This document shows, in pieces, positions 61,567 to 64,000 of a stretch of 64,000 nucleotides of DNA. This DNA is from Takakia lepidozioides (taxonomy: Eukaryota; Plantae; Bryophyta). Below the pieces are notes generated by a model. It had not been told where the DNA came from. It did not search any database and saw nothing but the letters and a program-made list of their open reading frames with translations. Numbering within the stretch: position 1 is the first letter of the stretch; every line of letters starts with the position of its first letter. Made by a program: the position numbers and the translations under genes. The DNA lies in assembly GCA_030704615.1 (NCBI GenBank), contig CM060734.1:36704001-36768000 (forward strand). Reading direction: 5' to 3'.

Positions 61567-62339
61567 GCTTGACAATGTTCACATTATACCTAACCTCCAA
61601 GCTGAGTAAACAGTGTAAAGCCTTGCTTGTATGAGGATGGAGAGACAAAGGAAAAGACAGCCAAAGGTCACCTGTCCCATGTTGGAGCTGAATTGAGGAT
61701 GAACTGCAGCTGCTTCTGTGTACTGTCTGAAAGAACAGACTCTGACTTTCTGCTCTTCATCCACCCTGATCCAGCTCTTCCCAAATTTTGGTCCAAGAAG
61801 TGCTCCCATTGGTCGGCTGACAGAACTTCAGGCTGCATCGTTATAGCCTGCTCAGGCCTGCTTCAAAAGTCACATCAACATTCATCCTTACCCACTGATG
61901 CACTGACTGTTTTAGTGGAAAAGGGGCAGGATGAAACCCCTTCTTTCGATATAAGATTCCAATACAGTAGCATGGTCTTTCGTCTCCTCCACCTGCCAAA
62001 GCCACATTACACATACCAATCTTGCTTTAGCCTCACTGTGCTCAGCTTTGCTTCTCTGTTTCTCTCTCACTGCCATGTACTGGTGCAATCACAACTACAT
62101 ACATCTGGCCAATGAGGTCAAGAGTAGCATTGCTGGAATCAACATTGGGTTTTCCACCATCATTCAGCTACATAATTTCTTGGACAGTATTGTAGGTGGC
62201 TGTCTGCAAGCAAGTACCAAGGAAAATCATGGGTTGAGATTCAACACCCCTTAGAGTAGACTCCTCAATACTGGTTCATGTCTTCTCTTTCGGACTATAC
62301 TGGGGCCTAGACCAGGACTGATGGGAATGAACACTGTGC

Positions 62340-63949
62340 AGGTACGCATGATGTCTCCACCAGCCTGTGAGTAAAACACGCAGTCCCTGTCAATCTCCTC
62401 AGTGGAAAGCGTTACCCCCAAAGATCCAATGTTGGATTCAAGGTTAGCCTTCTTTGTTCTACGTTCATGGGGAACCTGGTCTTCAGGGAGCTATTTTAAG
62501 TTTGTTTTTCAGTGAGAGAGGGCCCAATTGGGGCTGTTGTATCTGTGTTTGCATGCAGTAGTTGGTTTTACTTCTATTGCCTTGTGGGAACGAGGGTGAG
62601 AACATGGATATTTACAGTGCAAGAAGAATTGGTTACATGATACATGTATTAGGTGGCCAGTTTGGTGGACCATGTCCCTCTCCAACATAGTCCAAGAGTG
62701 AATTCTAACTGAGGACAGCCTTGGGTGCAGCCTAATTCATTTTTTAAGTTTGGGTCATGCTTTGGAGGGCCACTCTCTCAAAACTTATCTTTTTGCAGAC
62801 GGTACCAATGTTAGTAGGCGAGAATTTGGAGAAGAACAAGCTCCTGTTGGAGCGGGTGAACGAGATTGCAAAGCAGAAGCATTGTACTCCGAATCAGCTG
62901 GCGCTGGCCTGGGTTCAGCGCAAGGGCCATGATGTAGTGTGCACTTCCAATCCTCAAAGCTGAGAGAGACACACAGACAGAGTTACAAACAAGGGTTGTG
63001 ATGCACCCTTCAGGGTGTGCTCCCCATGCTACCAGCAGGAGTTTCAGCCACCAGGCTGCATATGACACGCTACATCTGACACTGATTGGACTTCCAGTAT
63101 CTCTGTGGAGTTCAATGAGAGACACAGTGAAATATGTACTCCTGAAGATGCTGCCTGGGGAAGTTATCTTGACAGACCCTCTCGGAGATTAATCATTGTG
63201 GGACACTGGCCCTCCTAGAATGGGTTCAGGTGACAGACGGGTATATCTGAGAGAGTCCCAAAATTGGCCTAGTACTTCATCACAGACAGGCACAATATGG
63301 GTACAAGACCTTGAGTATTTGATGTACCAGTCGACAAAACTATAGAATACAATGCTGTTCCAGCACTGCTGCTGTCACCAGCAATTCAACACTGCCAGTC
63401 AGTGTCTATAAACATGAAGGGAGGATGGGGTGGAGTATTACTTTCCGATAGTCACCATCTCCAAGTTCCTCCACCTTTTCGCCGGCAAGAAAACCTCGAC
63501 CAAGTGGACTGTAGGGTACAATACCTATACCCAGCTCTCTGTGCACATGCAAGCCAAAACCACCATGAATGAGGACCAGCTGAGGAAGACTCCCAGGAAC
63601 TTCATTGAGACCATTCAAAAGTAGCTGAAAACACCAGTTCACTCCATGTCAAGTAAGAGCACAGCCTAACTTAGACCCTCAAAGGACTGGGCAGCAGACT
63701 ACTGTTTGAAGGACATAACGCACTCATGACCAATAACATAACAGCTACCTACGGCAGCAGGAAGACTCTCATGCACCTGCAGGTTGGGATGATGTCATCT
63801 TCCACATCACGGACCCAGAGAGACCACTCAAGCTGGATGGCGGTAATGGGGTGTACAGCATGAGCACGCCGAATCTCAGAAGCAGATGCCTCCGACAGCC
63901 CCAAGTATTTCACCTTCCCCTCTTCCACCAGCTTCTTCATCTCCCCAAT
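62340..63949 (-). pseudogene. Aldo-keto reductase (auxin-induced AKR / perakine-reductase-like); 5' part outside window; one exon inverted. Minus exons 63949-63777, 63538-63442 and ~62460-62340; inverted exon on + at 62799-62939
   Basis: [19 protein letters not shown]...[24 protein letters not shown], (+) ENLEKNK...CTPNQLALAWV, (-) TKKANLESNIGSL. Confidence 0.88.
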
Positions 63950-64000
63950 CTAGAATCCAAAAACTTATTTGCAGGCATGCCTGGACTGGGAAGGGATTAT

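Noticed and set aside
61590-62210. Exon-like minus-strand fragments downstream of the AKR
   Set aside because: Splice-like signals are present but with stops and no identifiable family.

Overview
Eukaryotic plant nuclear DNA, probably from a non-seed land plant such as a hornwort or other bryophyte. That is an inference from spliceosomal introns, PLS-class PPR fragments, TTTAGGG motifs and piggyBac/algal-type LINE relics. Host genes: an EF-hand mitochondrial carrier (SAMTL-like, 7 coding exons, +), a non-specific phospholipase C (NPC, 4 coding exons, +), two tandem RCI2/PMP3 proteolipid genes (-) and an aldo-keto reductase broken by an inverted exon (-, runs off the window). Most of the rest is transposon-derived. 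(1) A decayed ~11-kb CACTA element carries a TnpD transposase, a divergent spliced ORF and an apparent SET-domain gene. (2) A chromoviral Ty3/gypsy element is split by an inversion. (3) There are piggyBac relics. (4) A ~12.5-kb nested LINE has an ORF2 that reads 2A-like peptide, APE, RT, PCIF1-like N6-adenine-methyltransferase-like domain, RNase H. (5) A Pack-CACTA inside that LINE has fused PPR fragments to OSB-type PDF motifs. (6) There is a full-length tRNA-derived SINE with a 13-bp TSD. The most notable candidates are the two transposon-borne putative methyltransferase domains (SET in the CACTA, PCIF1-like in the LINE), the 2A-like motif, and the PPR-PDF chimera. All domain calls come from reading motifs by eye and need HMM or structure confirmation.
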